From the NCBI GenBank assembly GCA_041660305.1, contig JBAZWO010000007.1, forward strand, positions 1 to 63,831: a stretch of DNA of 63,831 bases, given 5' to 3'. The stretch's first letter is position 1; each line of letters opens with the position of its first letter. This stretch comes from Patescibacteria group bacterium (GTDB lineage Bacteria > Patescibacteriota > Patescibacteriia > UBA9570). Below the pieces are notes generated by a model. The model had not been told where the DNA came from, searched no databases, and saw nothing but the letters and a program-made list of their open reading frames with translations. The translations under genes were made by a program, and so were the position numbers. This document shows positions 47,249 to 57,195 of this stretch, one piece after another.

Positions 47249-48013
47249 ATGATTACTTTTCGCTTATTAAAAACCAATCATAATTCAGCCGCTTTTAACA
47301 TGGCTTTAGATGAAATATTGCTAGAGCGCATTAATCAAGGTTTAGCGCAGCCGTGTTTGCGTTTTTATGGTTGGCAACCAGCCGCGATATCGATTGGATA
47401 TTTCCAATCTTTAACAGCTGAAGTTAATGTGCAACGGTGTCAGGAACTAGGTATTGATATCGTGCGTCGGCAAACTGGCGGCGGAGCAGTTTTTCACGAT
47501 CAAGAAGTAACCTATAGCATTCATCTACCATTGGCATTAAATTTGGTGCCGGTTAAAATATTAGATTCCTATCAACGAATTTGTCAGGCTATTATTATTG
47601 GTTTGGCAGAGTTTAATTTAACTGCGCAGTTTGTGCCGCTCAATGATATTGTGGTGCATGGCAAGAAAATATCTGGTAATGCCCAAACTCGTAAAAAAGG
47701 AATTATATTGCAACATGGCACTATTTTACGGGAAGTGGATGTTGATAAAATGTTTGAATTACTCAAAGTGCCAAATGAAAAATTAAAAGATAAATTAATT
47801 TCTGATGTAAAACAACGAGTGATTGGCATTAATCAAATCACTGCTAAGCCATATACTTATGCTGAAGTTGTCGCCGCTTTAATTAAAGGATTTAAACAAG
47901 AATTTTCTGAGATAGAATTTAAAGCCGATACGCTCACTACAGCCGAAATTGAGCTGGCACAGCAATTAGCCGTTGAAAAATATAGTAACAATAATTGGAC
48001 TAACCAAAGATAA
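47249..48013 (+). CDS. lplA: Lipoate/octanoate-protein ligase catalytic domain
   Basis: RRQTGGGAVFHD and KISGNAQ motifs. 254 aa, with no C-terminal domain. Confidence 0.85.
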   Translation: MITFRLLKTNHNSAAFNMALDEILLERINQGLAQPCLRFYGWQPAAISIGYFQSLTAEVNVQRCQELGIDIVRRQTGGGAVFHDQEVTYSIHLPLALNLVPVKILDSYQRICQAIIIGLAEFNLTAQFVPLNDIVVHGKKISGNAQTRKKGIILQHGTILREVDVDKMFELLKVPNEKLKDKLISDVKQRVIGINQITAKPYTYAEVVAALIKGFKQEFSEIEFKADTLTTAEIELAQQLAVEKYSNNNWTNQR

Positions 48014-48016
48014 ATT

Positions 48017-49102
48017 ATGTTAAAAAAAACATCTTTAAATGCTAAACATCATACACTAGGCGCTAGAATGGTTGATTTTGGCGGTTGGGAAATGCCGGTA
48101 ATGTATACAAACCAAATTCAAGAGCACCAAGCGGTTCGGCAACGAGCCGGCCTGTTTGATGTTTCTCATATGGGAGAATTTATTATCACCGGTAGTGATG
48201 CCGTTACATTATTGCAAAAAGTAACCTCACGTGATATTAGCAAAATGACTAATCAACAAGTAGCCTTGGGTGTAATTTGCAATGAACAAGGCGGTATAAT
48301 TGATGATATTACCATTTATAAATACAGTGATCAGAAATATATGCTGGTAGTAAACGCCGGTACTACTCCCGGTGATTACGACTGGATAAAAAAACAAGCC
48401 GTTGGCTTAACGGTACAAGTAGACAATATTAGCGACACGATGACGAAATTGGACACGCAAGGTCCGCAAGCTGAAACTATTTTGCAAAAATTAACCGCGG
48501 CTGATCTAAAATTAATAAAACGTTATAATTTTATAGACACAGCTATTGCCGGCATACCAATGACTATTTCTCGCTCTGGCTACACCGGTGAAGATGGTTT
48601 TGAATTATATTTTACTAACACAGCGGCCGAACAAATTTGGGATAAATTATTAGCCATTGGTCAGGACTACGGTTTATTGCCTTGCGGTTTGGGGGCGCGC
48701 GATACTTTACGCACAGAATGCGGCATGATGTTGTATGGTCATGACATTGATATTAATCATACACCGCTAGAAGCAGTGTATGGTTGGGCGGTATCTTTTA
48801 CTAAGGATTTTATTGGCAAGGCCGCTCTGGAACAGCAAAAACAGGCCGGCTTAACCAGAAAGTTAGTTGGTTTTGAGATGCTGGATCGAGGCATTGCTAG
48901 AGACGGATATTTAATTTATTATAATGGTGAAACAGTGGGTGCAGTAACCAGCGGTGTGCCGTCGCCAACGCTAGGTAAAAATATTGGCCTGGGATATGTT
49001 AAATATGGTTTACACAAATTAGATACAATAATTCAGATACAGATTAGAACTAAGTTAGTGGCGGCAAAAATTGTCAAATTGCCATTTTATAAAAAAAGCT
49101 AA
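48017..49102 (+). CDS. gcvT: Glycine cleavage system T protein (aminomethyltransferase)
   Basis: FGGWEMPV, FDVSHMG and SRSGYTGEDGFE motifs. Confidence 0.93.
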   Translation: MLKKTSLNAKHHTLGARMVDFGGWEMPVMYTNQIQEHQAVRQRAGLFDVSHMGEFIITGSDAVTLLQKVTSRDISKMTNQQVALGVICNEQGGIIDDITIYKYSDQKYMLVVNAGTTPGDYDWIKKQAVGLTVQVDNISDTMTKLDTQGPQAETILQKLTAADLKLIKRYNFIDTAIAGIPMTISRSGYTGEDGFELYFTNTAAEQIWDKLLAIGQDYGLLPCGLGARDTLRTECGMMLYGHDIDINHTPLEAVYGWAVSFTKDFIGKAALEQQKQAGLTRKLVGFEMLDRGIARDGYLIYYNGETVGAVTSGVPSPTLGKNIGLGYVKYGLHKLDTIIQIQIRTKLVAAKIVKLPFYKKS

Positions 49103-49113
49103 TAAATATACAT

Positions 49114-49515
49114 ATGAGCGAACATAAAATTCAAAATGATTTATATTATAACAAAGACCATGAGTGGGTGAAAATAGTAGGCAACGAAGCTACCGTAGGA
49201 ATTTCCGATTATGCCCAGCAATTATTAACTGATGTCGTATTTGTGGAGTTGCCAGATATCGGCAAAATAGTAAAACAATTTGAACGAGCTTGCGTAGTAG
49301 AATCGGTTAAATCAGTATCCGATGTTTATGCGCCGGTAGGTGGTATTGTAGCGGCAGTAAATAAGGCTTTGGAAACCACGCCAGAAGCAGTTAATACCGA
49401 TCCGTATGGAGCCGGCTGGATTTATAAATTATCCGGCGTGAACGCCGCTGAAACTAGTAATTTAATGGATGCCCCTGCTTATAAAACGTTTCTTGACCAA
49501 GACAAAGCGAAATAA
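49114..49515 (+). CDS. gcvH: Glycine cleavage system H protein
   Basis: VESVKSVSDVYAP lipoyl-lysine motif. Confidence 0.93.
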   Translation: MSEHKIQNDLYYNKDHEWVKIVGNEATVGISDYAQQLLTDVVFVELPDIGKIVKQFERACVVESVKSVSDVYAPVGGIVAAVNKALETTPEAVNTDPYGAGWIYKLSGVNAAETSNLMDAPAYKTFLDQDKAK

Positions 49516-49535
49516 TTATTACTAAAATTATTGCT

Positions 49536-50858
49536 ATGCCATATATTCCCCATACGCAAACAGATACGGCTGACATGCTTAAAACCATTGGCGTTAATGC
49601 CATAGAAGATTTATTTTCAGCTGTACCCGATAGTATTTTTTTGAAAAATGATTTTAAGTTGCCCCCTGGTTTATCTGAACAAGATGTTAAACGAGTTGTT
49701 ACAACCATGGCTAATAAAAACAAAACCTACCAAGCTTCTTTTTTAGGTGGCGGTATGTATCATCATCATATTCCAGCCCAGGTGCATCATTTAGCTATGC
49801 GCAGTGAATTTTATACCGCTTATACTCCTTATCAACCGGAAATCAGCCAAGGGATTTTGCAATCGATTTTTGAATATCAAACCATGATGACGCGCTTAAC
49901 CGCTTTAGACGCTACCAACGCTTCGATGTATGATGGAGCCACGGCAACAGCTGAAGCGGCTTTTATGCTGGCCGATATTACTCAGAAAAACATTATTTTA
50001 GTGGCTAGCAATGTAAATCCGCAATATCGAGCAGTGTTGCAGACGTACTGTATAGCCAAAGGCTTAACCTTACAAACGGTGCCGTTTGATCAAGCTAGTG
50101 GCCGAGTGGACATTAATCAATTAGAAGTCTTATTAACCGATGCTGTAGCCGGATTATTTATCCAAAGCCCTAATTTTTTTGGAGTGGTTGAAGATGTAAA
50201 ATATTTGTCTGGAAAATTGCACGCTAAAAATAAATTAATCGGGCAAATAATAACTGAAGCCTTATCTTTAGGCATTTTAACGCCACCGGGCGATAACGGC
50301 GTGGATCTAGCTGTAGGCGAAGGCCAAAGTTTTGGCTTGCCGGTATCGGCTGGTGGTCCGGGTTTTGGCTTTTTGGCCACTACGCAAAAATACTTACGTA
50401 AACTACCCGGCAGGATTGTTGGCCAAACAGAAGATAATCAAGGTCGCCGAGCATATGTGCTTACTTTACAAGCCCGTGAACAACACATTAGGCGAGAAAA
50501 AGCCAGTTCTAATATTTGTTCCAATCAAGCTTTGTGCGCCTTGCACAGCGTGATTTATTTAGCCAGTTTGGGCAAAAAGTTACGCGAGCTGGCTTTGTTG
50601 AATCATCAGCACAGTTTGTATTTTCAAAAAGCCCTAATCGCAAAAAAATGGCCACGCACTTTTAGCGCCCCATTTTTTAATGAATTTGTGGTAAAAACAT
50701 CTAACAATGCCGCTGTTATACAAAAACTAGCTGAACATAATATTGCGGCTGGGATAGATTTAGGTAGATTGTATCCAGAATTAAAAGATCATTTATTAAT
50801 TTGCGTGACAGAATTAATTAGCCAAGATGATATGGAAAACTATGAAAACAATATTTGA
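49536..50858 (+). CDS. gcvPA: Glycine dehydrogenase (decarboxylating) subunit 1
   Basis: YTPYQPEISQG motif, 440 aa. Confidence 0.92.
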   Translation: MPYIPHTQTDTADMLKTIGVNAIEDLFSAVPDSIFLKNDFKLPPGLSEQDVKRVVTTMANKNKTYQASFLGGGMYHHHIPAQVHHLAMRSEFYTAYTPYQPEISQGILQSIFEYQTMMTRLTALDATNASMYDGATATAEAAFMLADITQKNIILVASNVNPQYRAVLQTYCIAKGLTLQTVPFDQASGRVDINQLEVLLTDAVAGLFIQSPNFFGVVEDVKYLSGKLHAKNKLIGQIITEALSLGILTPPGDNGVDLAVGEGQSFGLPVSAGGPGFGFLATTQKYLRKLPGRIVGQTEDNQGRRAYVLTLQAREQHIRREKASSNICSNQALCALHSVIYLASLGKKLRELALLNHQHSLYFQKALIAKKWPRTFSAPFFNEFVVKTSNNAAVIQKLAEHNIAAGIDLGRLYPELKDHLLICVTELISQDDMENYENNI

Positions 50859-52269
50859 AAAAACCGTTCCCGGTAGAAGTGCTGTGCAATTACCATCATT
50901 AATAGCTAACGATATAGAAATTGAAAATAGTCAGCAACGGGGTGAGTTAAATTTACCGGAAGTTTCTGAATTAGACATTGTGCGGCATTATACAGCATTA
51001 TCAAAAAGAGCTTTCGGCGTTGATGATGGTTTTTACCCCTTAGGTTCCTGCACCATGAAATATAATCCGAAAATTAATGAAGACATGTCTGGTTTATCCG
51101 GTTTTAGTAACGCTCATCCATGGGATCAAACCAAAAACATCCAAGGTGTTTTAGAAGTTATTTATCGTACGCAAGAGTACTTAAAAGAAGTAACTGGTTT
51201 TACCGGCGTAACATTACAACCAACGGCCGGTGCTCATGGCGAACTTACGGCCGTGATGATGATGCAAGCTTATTATCGAAGCCATGGCGATGCTAAAAGA
51301 AACGTTATATTAATACCCGATTCAGCGCACGGTACTAATCCGGCCACTGCTAACATGTGCGGATTTAAAACCGTTACCGTGCCGTCAGATAAAGATGGTT
51401 ATGTGGATTTAGCCAAGCTAGACGAAGCGTTAAACGACAGCGTAGTTGGTTTGATGCTCACCATTCCTAATACCGTTGGCCTATTTGATAAAAACATTTT
51501 AGACATAGCCAAAAAATTACATGATAACGGTTCCTTGCTTTATATGGATGGAGCTAATCTTAATGCTATTTTAGGTTTGGTGAAGCCGGCTGATATGGGC
51601 GTAGATTTAATGCATATTAATTTGCACAAAACATTTTCTACGCCGCATGGCGGCGGCGGGCCAGGCGGCGGGTTTGTTGGTTGTGTTTCTGCTCTAACGC
51701 CATATTTGCCAGCCGACCAAGTAATGAAAAACGGTGCAGACTACCAATTAACCGCCGATACTGCTAATAGTATTGGCCGAGTACGCTCTTTTTACAGTAA
51801 TTTTGGCGTCATAGTGCGAGCTTTAACTTACATGTTAAGGTTAGGCAAAACCGGTACCGAGCGGGTGGGTAGATATGCGGTGTTAAATGCTAATTATGTA
51901 AAAGCACGTTTGCACGAACATTTTGACGTGCCATTTCAAGCACACTGTATGCATGAAGTTGTATTTAATGATACCAAACAACAAGCTTACCACGTTACTA
52001 CTATGGATATTGCCAAGCGCTTGCTTGATTTTGGTTATCATCCACCCACAATTTATTTTCCATTAATTGTACCGGGCGCTTTAATGATTGAACCAACCGA
52101 AACCGAAAGCAAAGAAACGTTAGATGAGTTTTGTGACGTGATGATAAATATAGCAAAAGAGGCTCAGGAAAATCCTAGTCTGTTACAATCTGCTCCACAG
52201 CTTACACCGGTTGGTCGGGTTGATTCGGTAAAAGCGGCTCGTCAACCGATTATTAAATATGGCGCATAA
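50842..52269 (+). CDS. gcvPB: Glycine dehydrogenase (decarboxylating) subunit 2
   Basis: NLHKTFSTPHGGGGPG PLP-lysine motif. ATG 50842 is preferred over 50827. Confidence 0.92.
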   Translation: MKTIFEKTVPGRSAVQLPSLIANDIEIENSQQRGELNLPEVSELDIVRHYTALSKRAFGVDDGFYPLGSCTMKYNPKINEDMSGLSGFSNAHPWDQTKNIQGVLEVIYRTQEYLKEVTGFTGVTLQPTAGAHGELTAVMMMQAYYRSHGDAKRNVILIPDSAHGTNPATANMCGFKTVTVPSDKDGYVDLAKLDEALNDSVVGLMLTIPNTVGLFDKNILDIAKKLHDNGSLLYMDGANLNAILGLVKPADMGVDLMHINLHKTFSTPHGGGGPGGGFVGCVSALTPYLPADQVMKNGADYQLTADTANSIGRVRSFYSNFGVIVRALTYMLRLGKTGTERVGRYAVLNANYVKARLHEHFDVPFQAHCMHEVVFNDTKQQAYHVTTMDIAKRLLDFGYHPPTIYFPLIVPGALMIEPTETESKETLDEFCDVMINIAKEAQENPSLLQSAPQLTPVGRVDSVKAARQPIIKYGA

Positions 52270-53065
52270 AATTAAATTTGTTTATTTATTCAACACCAAA
52301 GCCATCAGCCTGTCTGGCACAGGCTGTTGCTTTAATTGTGCGCACTGTAACAAACATTATTTAAAGCACATGGCCAAGTTGTCTGATCCAATCGCTGATA
52401 ATGTTACTAGTTTATTAATTAGTGGCGGTTTAAAACAAACTGGTCAATCTTTTATTTTAGACAGAAAAAAGGCTTTGCTAGATTTAAAGAAAACCAGACA
52501 TTTGCGTTTTAATGCTCATGTTGGTTTTGTTAAATCTGAAGAAATCGAGCAAATAATAAAAATTATTGATTGTGTCAGTTTTGATTTTGTAACTGATCCA
52601 AAAGTCATTCAGCGGGTGTATAAAATTAAAAAAACCAAACAGGATTATATAAAACTTTATAAACTATTAGCCAAAAAAATTAAAGTTTATCCGCACATTA
52701 CGATTGGCTTAGATGGCGGCAAAATTCATTGGGAATACGCGGCGATTGATGAATTGTATAAATTAGGAGTAAAATGCTTAGTTTTAAATGTATTAATTCC
52801 TACTCGCCAAACTGAATTTAGTAATATCAAACCGCCGGATTTAGCCGCAGTGCGCGCGGTGATTAAATATTGCCGTCAGGTTTTTAAACCAGGCATTGTC
52901 ATATTAGGTTGCATGCGGCCAGCCGGCCGGTATCGTGAAGAATTAGATAAAATAGCGATCACAGAATTGGTAGATAGGATTGTACAGCCCACGCCGCCGG
53001 CTAGACAACTGGCGGAAAAATTAGGCCTGGTAATTAGTAAATCTTATGAATGCTGTGTTATGTAA
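52259..53065 (+). CDS. Radical SAM protein (LipS1/LipS2-type lipoyl synthase component candidate)
   Basis: CCFNCAHC contains CX3CX2C near the N-terminus. Overlaps gcvPB by 11 nt and the next radical SAM gene by 20 nt. Confidence 0.65.
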   Translation: MAHKIKFVYLFNTKAISLSGTGCCFNCAHCNKHYLKHMAKLSDPIADNVTSLLISGGLKQTGQSFILDRKKALLDLKKTRHLRFNAHVGFVKSEEIEQIIKIIDCVSFDFVTDPKVIQRVYKIKKTKQDYIKLYKLLAKKIKVYPHITIGLDGGKIHWEYAAIDELYKLGVKCLVLNVLIPTRQTEFSNIKPPDLAAVRAVIKYCRQVFKPGIVILGCMRPAGRYREELDKIAITELVDRIVQPTPPARQLAEKLGLVISKSYECCVM

Positions 53066-54014
53066 GATTAGAATATCGATTGGTTCGGCGGCTGTGCTGG
53101 GTTTAACAAAACTAAAACAGCAAGCTTTACCGCGCACTATTTATTTAATGAATTCAGGCGGTTGCCAGTACAATTGTAGTTTTTGTACTCAAGCTAAACA
53201 GGCTACAGCCCGGGCGGATAAGTTAGCTAGAGTGTCGTGGCCAGAATTTACTACGGCGGCTATTCTACAAGCCCTCAAACAAAAACACACTAAATACCGC
53301 AGAATCTGTTTACAGGTTGTTAATACGCCAAATATATTACCAGTCTTGCCTGATTTTATCAAACAAATTAAATTAGCCAATCCAGCGGTTAAGTTAGCAG
53401 TAAATATTAGAACGCTAGATATTAAAGTGATTGATAATTTGATAACAGCCGGAGCCGATGAGATAGGCTTAAGCATTGATGCGATTGATGCCCAGATATT
53501 TAAAAAAATCAGACACGGTCAACTGGACAGCTTATTAAAATTTATTATTATACTAGCCAAAAAATATCCCAACAAAATCGCCACCCATTTAATAGTTGGT
53601 TTAGGCGAATCAGAAAAAGACATGGTACAAATAATTAAACAATTAAGTAAATATAAAGTTATTATTGCTCTATTTGCTTTTACACCGGTAGTAGGCGCGC
53701 AACTACCAACCCAACCATCGCCAAATTTATCCAGTTATCGGCGCATTCAAACGGCTTTGTATCTGATTAGAAATAATTATCCTGTTAAATGTAGTTATAA
53801 TAGTAAAAAACAAATTATCAGCTTTGGCGTAACTAAATCTAAATTAAAGAAAATATTAGAACAGTCCAATGCTTTTGAAACATCTGGTTGCACCGATTGT
53901 AATCGGCCATATTATAATGATCGAGCCGGACAGAAACAATTGTACAATTATCCAGATAAAATTAAAACCAGCGCTTTGGCAAATATTGTACAATCAATCT
54001 TTAATTATAATTAA
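53046..54014 (+). CDS. Radical SAM protein (second LipS-type component candidate)
   Basis: GGCQYNCSFC is a CX3CX2C motif. C-terminal GCTDCNRPYYN Cys pair. Confidence 0.65.
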   Translation: MNAVLCKIRISIGSAAVLGLTKLKQQALPRTIYLMNSGGCQYNCSFCTQAKQATARADKLARVSWPEFTTAAILQALKQKHTKYRRICLQVVNTPNILPVLPDFIKQIKLANPAVKLAVNIRTLDIKVIDNLITAGADEIGLSIDAIDAQIFKKIRHGQLDSLLKFIIILAKKYPNKIATHLIVGLGESEKDMVQIIKQLSKYKVIIALFAFTPVVGAQLPTQPSPNLSSYRRIQTALYLIRNNYPVKCSYNSKKQIISFGVTKSKLKKILEQSNAFETSGCTDCNRPYYNDRAGQKQLYNYPDKIKTSALANIVQSIFNYN

Positions 54015-54024
54015 ATAAAATAAT

Positions 54025-55317
54025 ATGTACGATTACGACGTAATAATTCTTGGCGGCGGACCAGCCGGCTGTGCTTGTGCAATTGAGTTGGCTAAACAGC
54101 AAAAAAAAGTGGCCATTGTAGAGCAACAAGCCATTGGTGGCACGTGCTTAAATCATGGCTGTATACCAACTAAATCATATTTATATACCGTTGAGTTGCT
54201 CAACAACATAAAAAAAGCGCAACGTTTTGGGCTAAAAATAGCTGAACCGGAAATTATTTGGGAAGATATTAAAAAGAAAAAAGACTTAAATGTGAAAGTA
54301 TTGGGTTTGGGCTTAAAAAATACTTTACAGCAGGCCGGAGTAACCATTATAAATGGCTTTGGTAAATTAGTAGATGATCATATTGTTGAGGTATCTGATA
54401 AAAAGTTATCAGCTGAATACATGGTACTGGCCACTGGCACTAAACCATTATTTATACCAGGCATTATACCTGGCGAACATGTAATTTCTAGCACCGAAAT
54501 TTTAAATTTAGATAAAATTCCGGCCAGCTTAACCATTATTGGCGGCGGTGTTATAGGCGTAGAAATAGCCTCAGTATTTTGTGCTTTAGGCACGCCAGTA
54601 ACCATTATTGAAAAAGCCGCCGCTTTGTTAGGTAATATGGATCAGCAAATCAGCGAGCAATTAAAAAATATATTGCAAAAAAAAGGCTGTAAAATCCTAC
54701 TAAATACTACAGTAGCTTCTTGCACCGATAAAAATAATCAAGCTGAAATAATTTATGATAATGATAAAGTATTAAGCACAGATAAAGCCTTGGTGGTAAT
54801 TGGCAGAAAAGCTAACACAGATTTAAAGGTAGTGAATAACAATTTACAAACTAATAAGCCCAATATTTATATCATCGGCGATGCGGCTGGCAAAACCTTA
54901 ACTGCTTATGGCGGTGAAAAAGAAGGTGAGTGCGTAGCTAAACATATTATTAATCAGCAAGATATGAATATTGATTACGCTAACATGCCGATTACGGTTT
55001 TTTCTCAGCCGGAAGTGGCCGCAGTTGGTTTAACCGAAGCTCAGGCTATAAAATTAGGGTTGAATATTGTAGTAAAAACCAGCACTTATGCCGCTAATGC
55101 TAAAGCCATGATTATGGGAGAGCGGGAAGGTCTGGTGAAAATCATTGTTGAACAAACTAATCAAAAAATATTAGGGGTACATATTATTGGCAGCCAAGCC
55201 GTAGATTTAATTCATCAAGCTATCATACCGGTCACAAAAGGCATGACCATTGCTGACTGGAAAGAAGTTACCTGGTCGCATCCGGTCTTATCAGAAGTTA
55301 TTAAAGCGGCTTTATAA
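54025..55317 (+). CDS. lpdA: Dihydrolipoyl dehydrogenase (short form)
   Basis: GGGPAG FAD motif. GGTCLNHGCIPTK redox disulfide. C-terminal HP.L.E motif. Confidence 0.88.
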   Translation: MYDYDVIILGGGPAGCACAIELAKQQKKVAIVEQQAIGGTCLNHGCIPTKSYLYTVELLNNIKKAQRFGLKIAEPEIIWEDIKKKKDLNVKVLGLGLKNTLQQAGVTIINGFGKLVDDHIVEVSDKKLSAEYMVLATGTKPLFIPGIIPGEHVISSTEILNLDKIPASLTIIGGGVIGVEIASVFCALGTPVTIIEKAAALLGNMDQQISEQLKNILQKKGCKILLNTTVASCTDKNNQAEIIYDNDKVLSTDKALVVIGRKANTDLKVVNNNLQTNKPNIYIIGDAAGKTLTAYGGEKEGECVAKHIINQQDMNIDYANMPITVFSQPEVAAVGLTEAQAIKLGLNIVVKTSTYAANAKAMIMGEREGLVKIIVEQTNQKILGVHIIGSQAVDLIHQAIIPVTKGMTIADWKEVTWSHPVLSEVIKAAL

Positions 55318-55725
55318 AACCAGTTTTTTTGTAACAAGTTTTAAACCAAAACCTTGATATTGTTTTATCTTCTGGTCTCGACTCATAAAATAATAATTAT
55401 TACAAATGGCCTGCCAGCACAGCATACGATCAAATGGATCGGTATTTAGTGAAGGTGATAATTTATGAAAATCAACAGCTTCATTAGGGGATATGGTAAT
55501 AATAGTGTAATTACTGGTATTAACATCATTCAATAAAGACGGTAAATCCAACTCATGAAGGGCAAGTTTTCCTAATGAATATTTTAGAGATATTTCCCAT
55601 AAACTAACTACGCTGACAAAAATATTTATATGTGGAGACAGCAACAATGTTTGTTCGTATGGTCGTAATTTTTTTGTATTAGCTAACGACCAAATCAAAA
55701 TATGAGTGTCTAGTAAAATATTCAT
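55312..55725 (-). CDS. vapC: PIN-domain toxin (VapC-like)
   Basis: MNILLDTHILIW N-terminal acidic motif. Overlaps the antitoxin gene by 4 nt. Confidence 0.8.
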   Translation of the reverse strand: MNILLDTHILIWSLANTKKLRPYEQTLLLSPHINIFVSVVSLWEISLKYSLGKLALHELDLPSLLNDVNTSNYTIITISPNEAVDFHKLSPSLNTDPFDRMLCWQAICNNYYFMSRDQKIKQYQGFGLKLVTKKLVL

Positions 55726-55961
55726 GAGCGCAAAAATTCTTCATCGGTCATTTTAAAATTTTTCTTTATGATAATTTTAGCACCACGTTGCTCCGATACG
55801 CCAAGTTTTTTTTGACGCACCACATAGCGTTCAATTGGTACAATTACCGCCACAGGCTCCTTTTTTTTACCAAAAGAAATACCACAGTCCTCACCTTGGC
55901 GTACTTTGGTGAGCACTTCCGAAAAATGAGTTTTTAAATTTCCTACGGTTAGTGTTTGCAT
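55722..55961 (-). CDS. Phd/YefM-type antitoxin
   Basis: LKTHFSEVLTKVRQGE...PVAVIVPIERY pattern. Confidence 0.75.
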   Translation of the reverse strand: MQTLTVGNLKTHFSEVLTKVRQGEDCGISFGKKKEPVAVIVPIERYVVRQKKLGVSEQRGAKIIIKKNFKMTDEEFLRS

Positions 55962-55986
55962 GAATACAGCCTAGCTAATAATTAGA

Positions 55987-56007
55987 TACTTGTCAAGTTG
56001 ACAAGTA
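55987..56007. promoter_or_regulatory. 21-nt palindrome upstream of the antitoxin-PIN operon (putative operator)
   Basis: TACTTGTCAA-G-TTGACAAGTA, 26 nt upstream of the antitoxin start. Confidence 0.6.
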
Positions 56008-56015
56008 AATTAAAA

Positions 56016-56070
56016 AAATTTGCATATATATATATATTGTGATAGCTTGTTACCCTGTTCTTTTTTATTA
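56016..56070. repeat. Island boundary repeat R1, copy a
   Basis: AAATTTGCATATATAT(ATATAT)TGTGATAGCTTGTTACCCTGTTCTTTTTTATTA. Matches 59094-59141 apart from an (AT)3 expansion, four substitutions and a 1-nt indel. Confidence 0.75.
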
Positions 56071-56232
56071 GGAGGCTCTTTTAAAATTTACCAGTAAATG
56101 ATGTGCCTAGCGTTTAGGCGAAAATAACCAATTTCTCACTTAAACGCTAGGTGTGTCATTTGCCGATTTTGGCAGACAACATACTCAGCCGTCGGTCCCG
56201 ACGAATAGGGCGTTGTATGAAGGGAGAGGGCT

Positions 56233-56973
56233 ATGAAGCTTTCTCATGCGCTCATGATCGTGGTGTCTTTTTTGTTCGCGGTAATTTTTGGTGGATGTAC
56301 GGAAGACCCCTGCGCTAGGAAGGTGCAGATGTTGCGACTGCAGGCGGCCATAGAGGGGAGGATTCCGACTCCCCAAGAATTGTTGGCGGCCGAAGAAGAC
56401 TGTGCTACCGATCTGTACACGGAGGCGGATGAGATTATGGGAGTGCCTATTTTGGATGATCTTTCCGTGTTTTTTTATTGGGATGAACCGGGTACGCCAC
56501 GACCGGATGTGGGATCTGGGCAAGTAGTTGAAATGGACGAGTATAACAGTTATTTCGAGTATTCAGGATTATTGTATTGTTCGGAAAACCCAACATCGTT
56601 GAGAGTGTACGTGGAGGCCCCAACGCTGTATGTGAACTTTTGGACAGGCGGGTGGGATGAGGAAGTGGCGGTGTATTCAGAAAATGCGGCAATGTATTCG
56701 GAAATGGAAGGGTGGTACACGGTGGAGTGGGAGTGGAGTGATGAATACATTAAGGAACACGAGGGGGAACGCATTTATGTTACGGTGGAGTTTGTGAATT
56801 ACGTAAATGACGGGCTTTTGGCAACAGGCGTAACTCAAATAGATGCTTTCCCGTTTATGGATGGAAGCACCTATAAGGTGGCTTTTGCTAATGAATACAC
56901 TCTGGTTGGCTGGTATGATGAGGCCCCGTTGATAACGGGGGATTGCGAGTCATACTTAAAAAGTAACTACTGA
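56233..56973 (+). CDS. G+C-enriched acidic probable lipoprotein, unknown function
   Basis: MKLSHALMIVVSFLFAVIFGGC signal/lipobox-like. Rich in W/Y/E. Three overlapping alternate-frame ORFs are typical of locally high GC. Confidence 0.6.
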   Translation: MKLSHALMIVVSFLFAVIFGGCTEDPCARKVQMLRLQAAIEGRIPTPQELLAAEEDCATDLYTEADEIMGVPILDDLSVFFYWDEPGTPRPDVGSGQVVEMDEYNSYFEYSGLLYCSENPTSLRVYVEAPTLYVNFWTGGWDEEVAVYSENAAMYSEMEGWYTVEWEWSDEYIKEHEGERIYVTVEFVNYVNDGLLATGVTQIDAFPFMDGSTYKVAFANEYTLVGWYDEAPLITGDCESYLKSNY

Positions 56974-57030
56974 TTGTTTCTCGCTTGATTTGACCCACCG
57001 ATAGTTTCTCCTGAAACGATCTGCGTGCGG

Positions 57031-57100
57031 CTATGAATCAAGCAACTCCCAGTGTTTATTTCTGCTTCATGTAAAACTACGCAGAAAGTAAATAGTGGAA
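57031..57100 (+). repeat. Structured site B of the TCCCAGTGTT family
   Basis: CTATGAATCAAGCAACTCCCAGTGTT, then the imperfect hairpin TATTTCTGC-loop-GCAGAAAGTAAA, then TAGTGGAA. Confidence 0.6.
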
Positions 57101-57160
57101 GTTATAAAATTAAAAATTTATTCAACGTAGAGTAAGTAAAAAACATTGAATATATGCGTA

Positions 57161-57189
57161 TTGACATTGTCACTACAGCATGATAGTAT
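57161..57189 (+). promoter_or_regulatory. Sigma70-like promoter for relBE
   Basis: TTGACA, 17-nt spacer, TAGTAT. The -10 ends 6 nt before the relB ATG, so the transcript may be leaderless. Confidence 0.5.
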
Positions 57190-57195
57190 ATAAAC

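Noticed and set aside
56185-56774. Three minus-strand ORFs (56185-56523, 56447-56692, 56550-56774).
   Set aside because: They are antisense to the 56233-56973 lipoprotein ORF in a G+C-enriched patch. They overlap one another and have no motifs.
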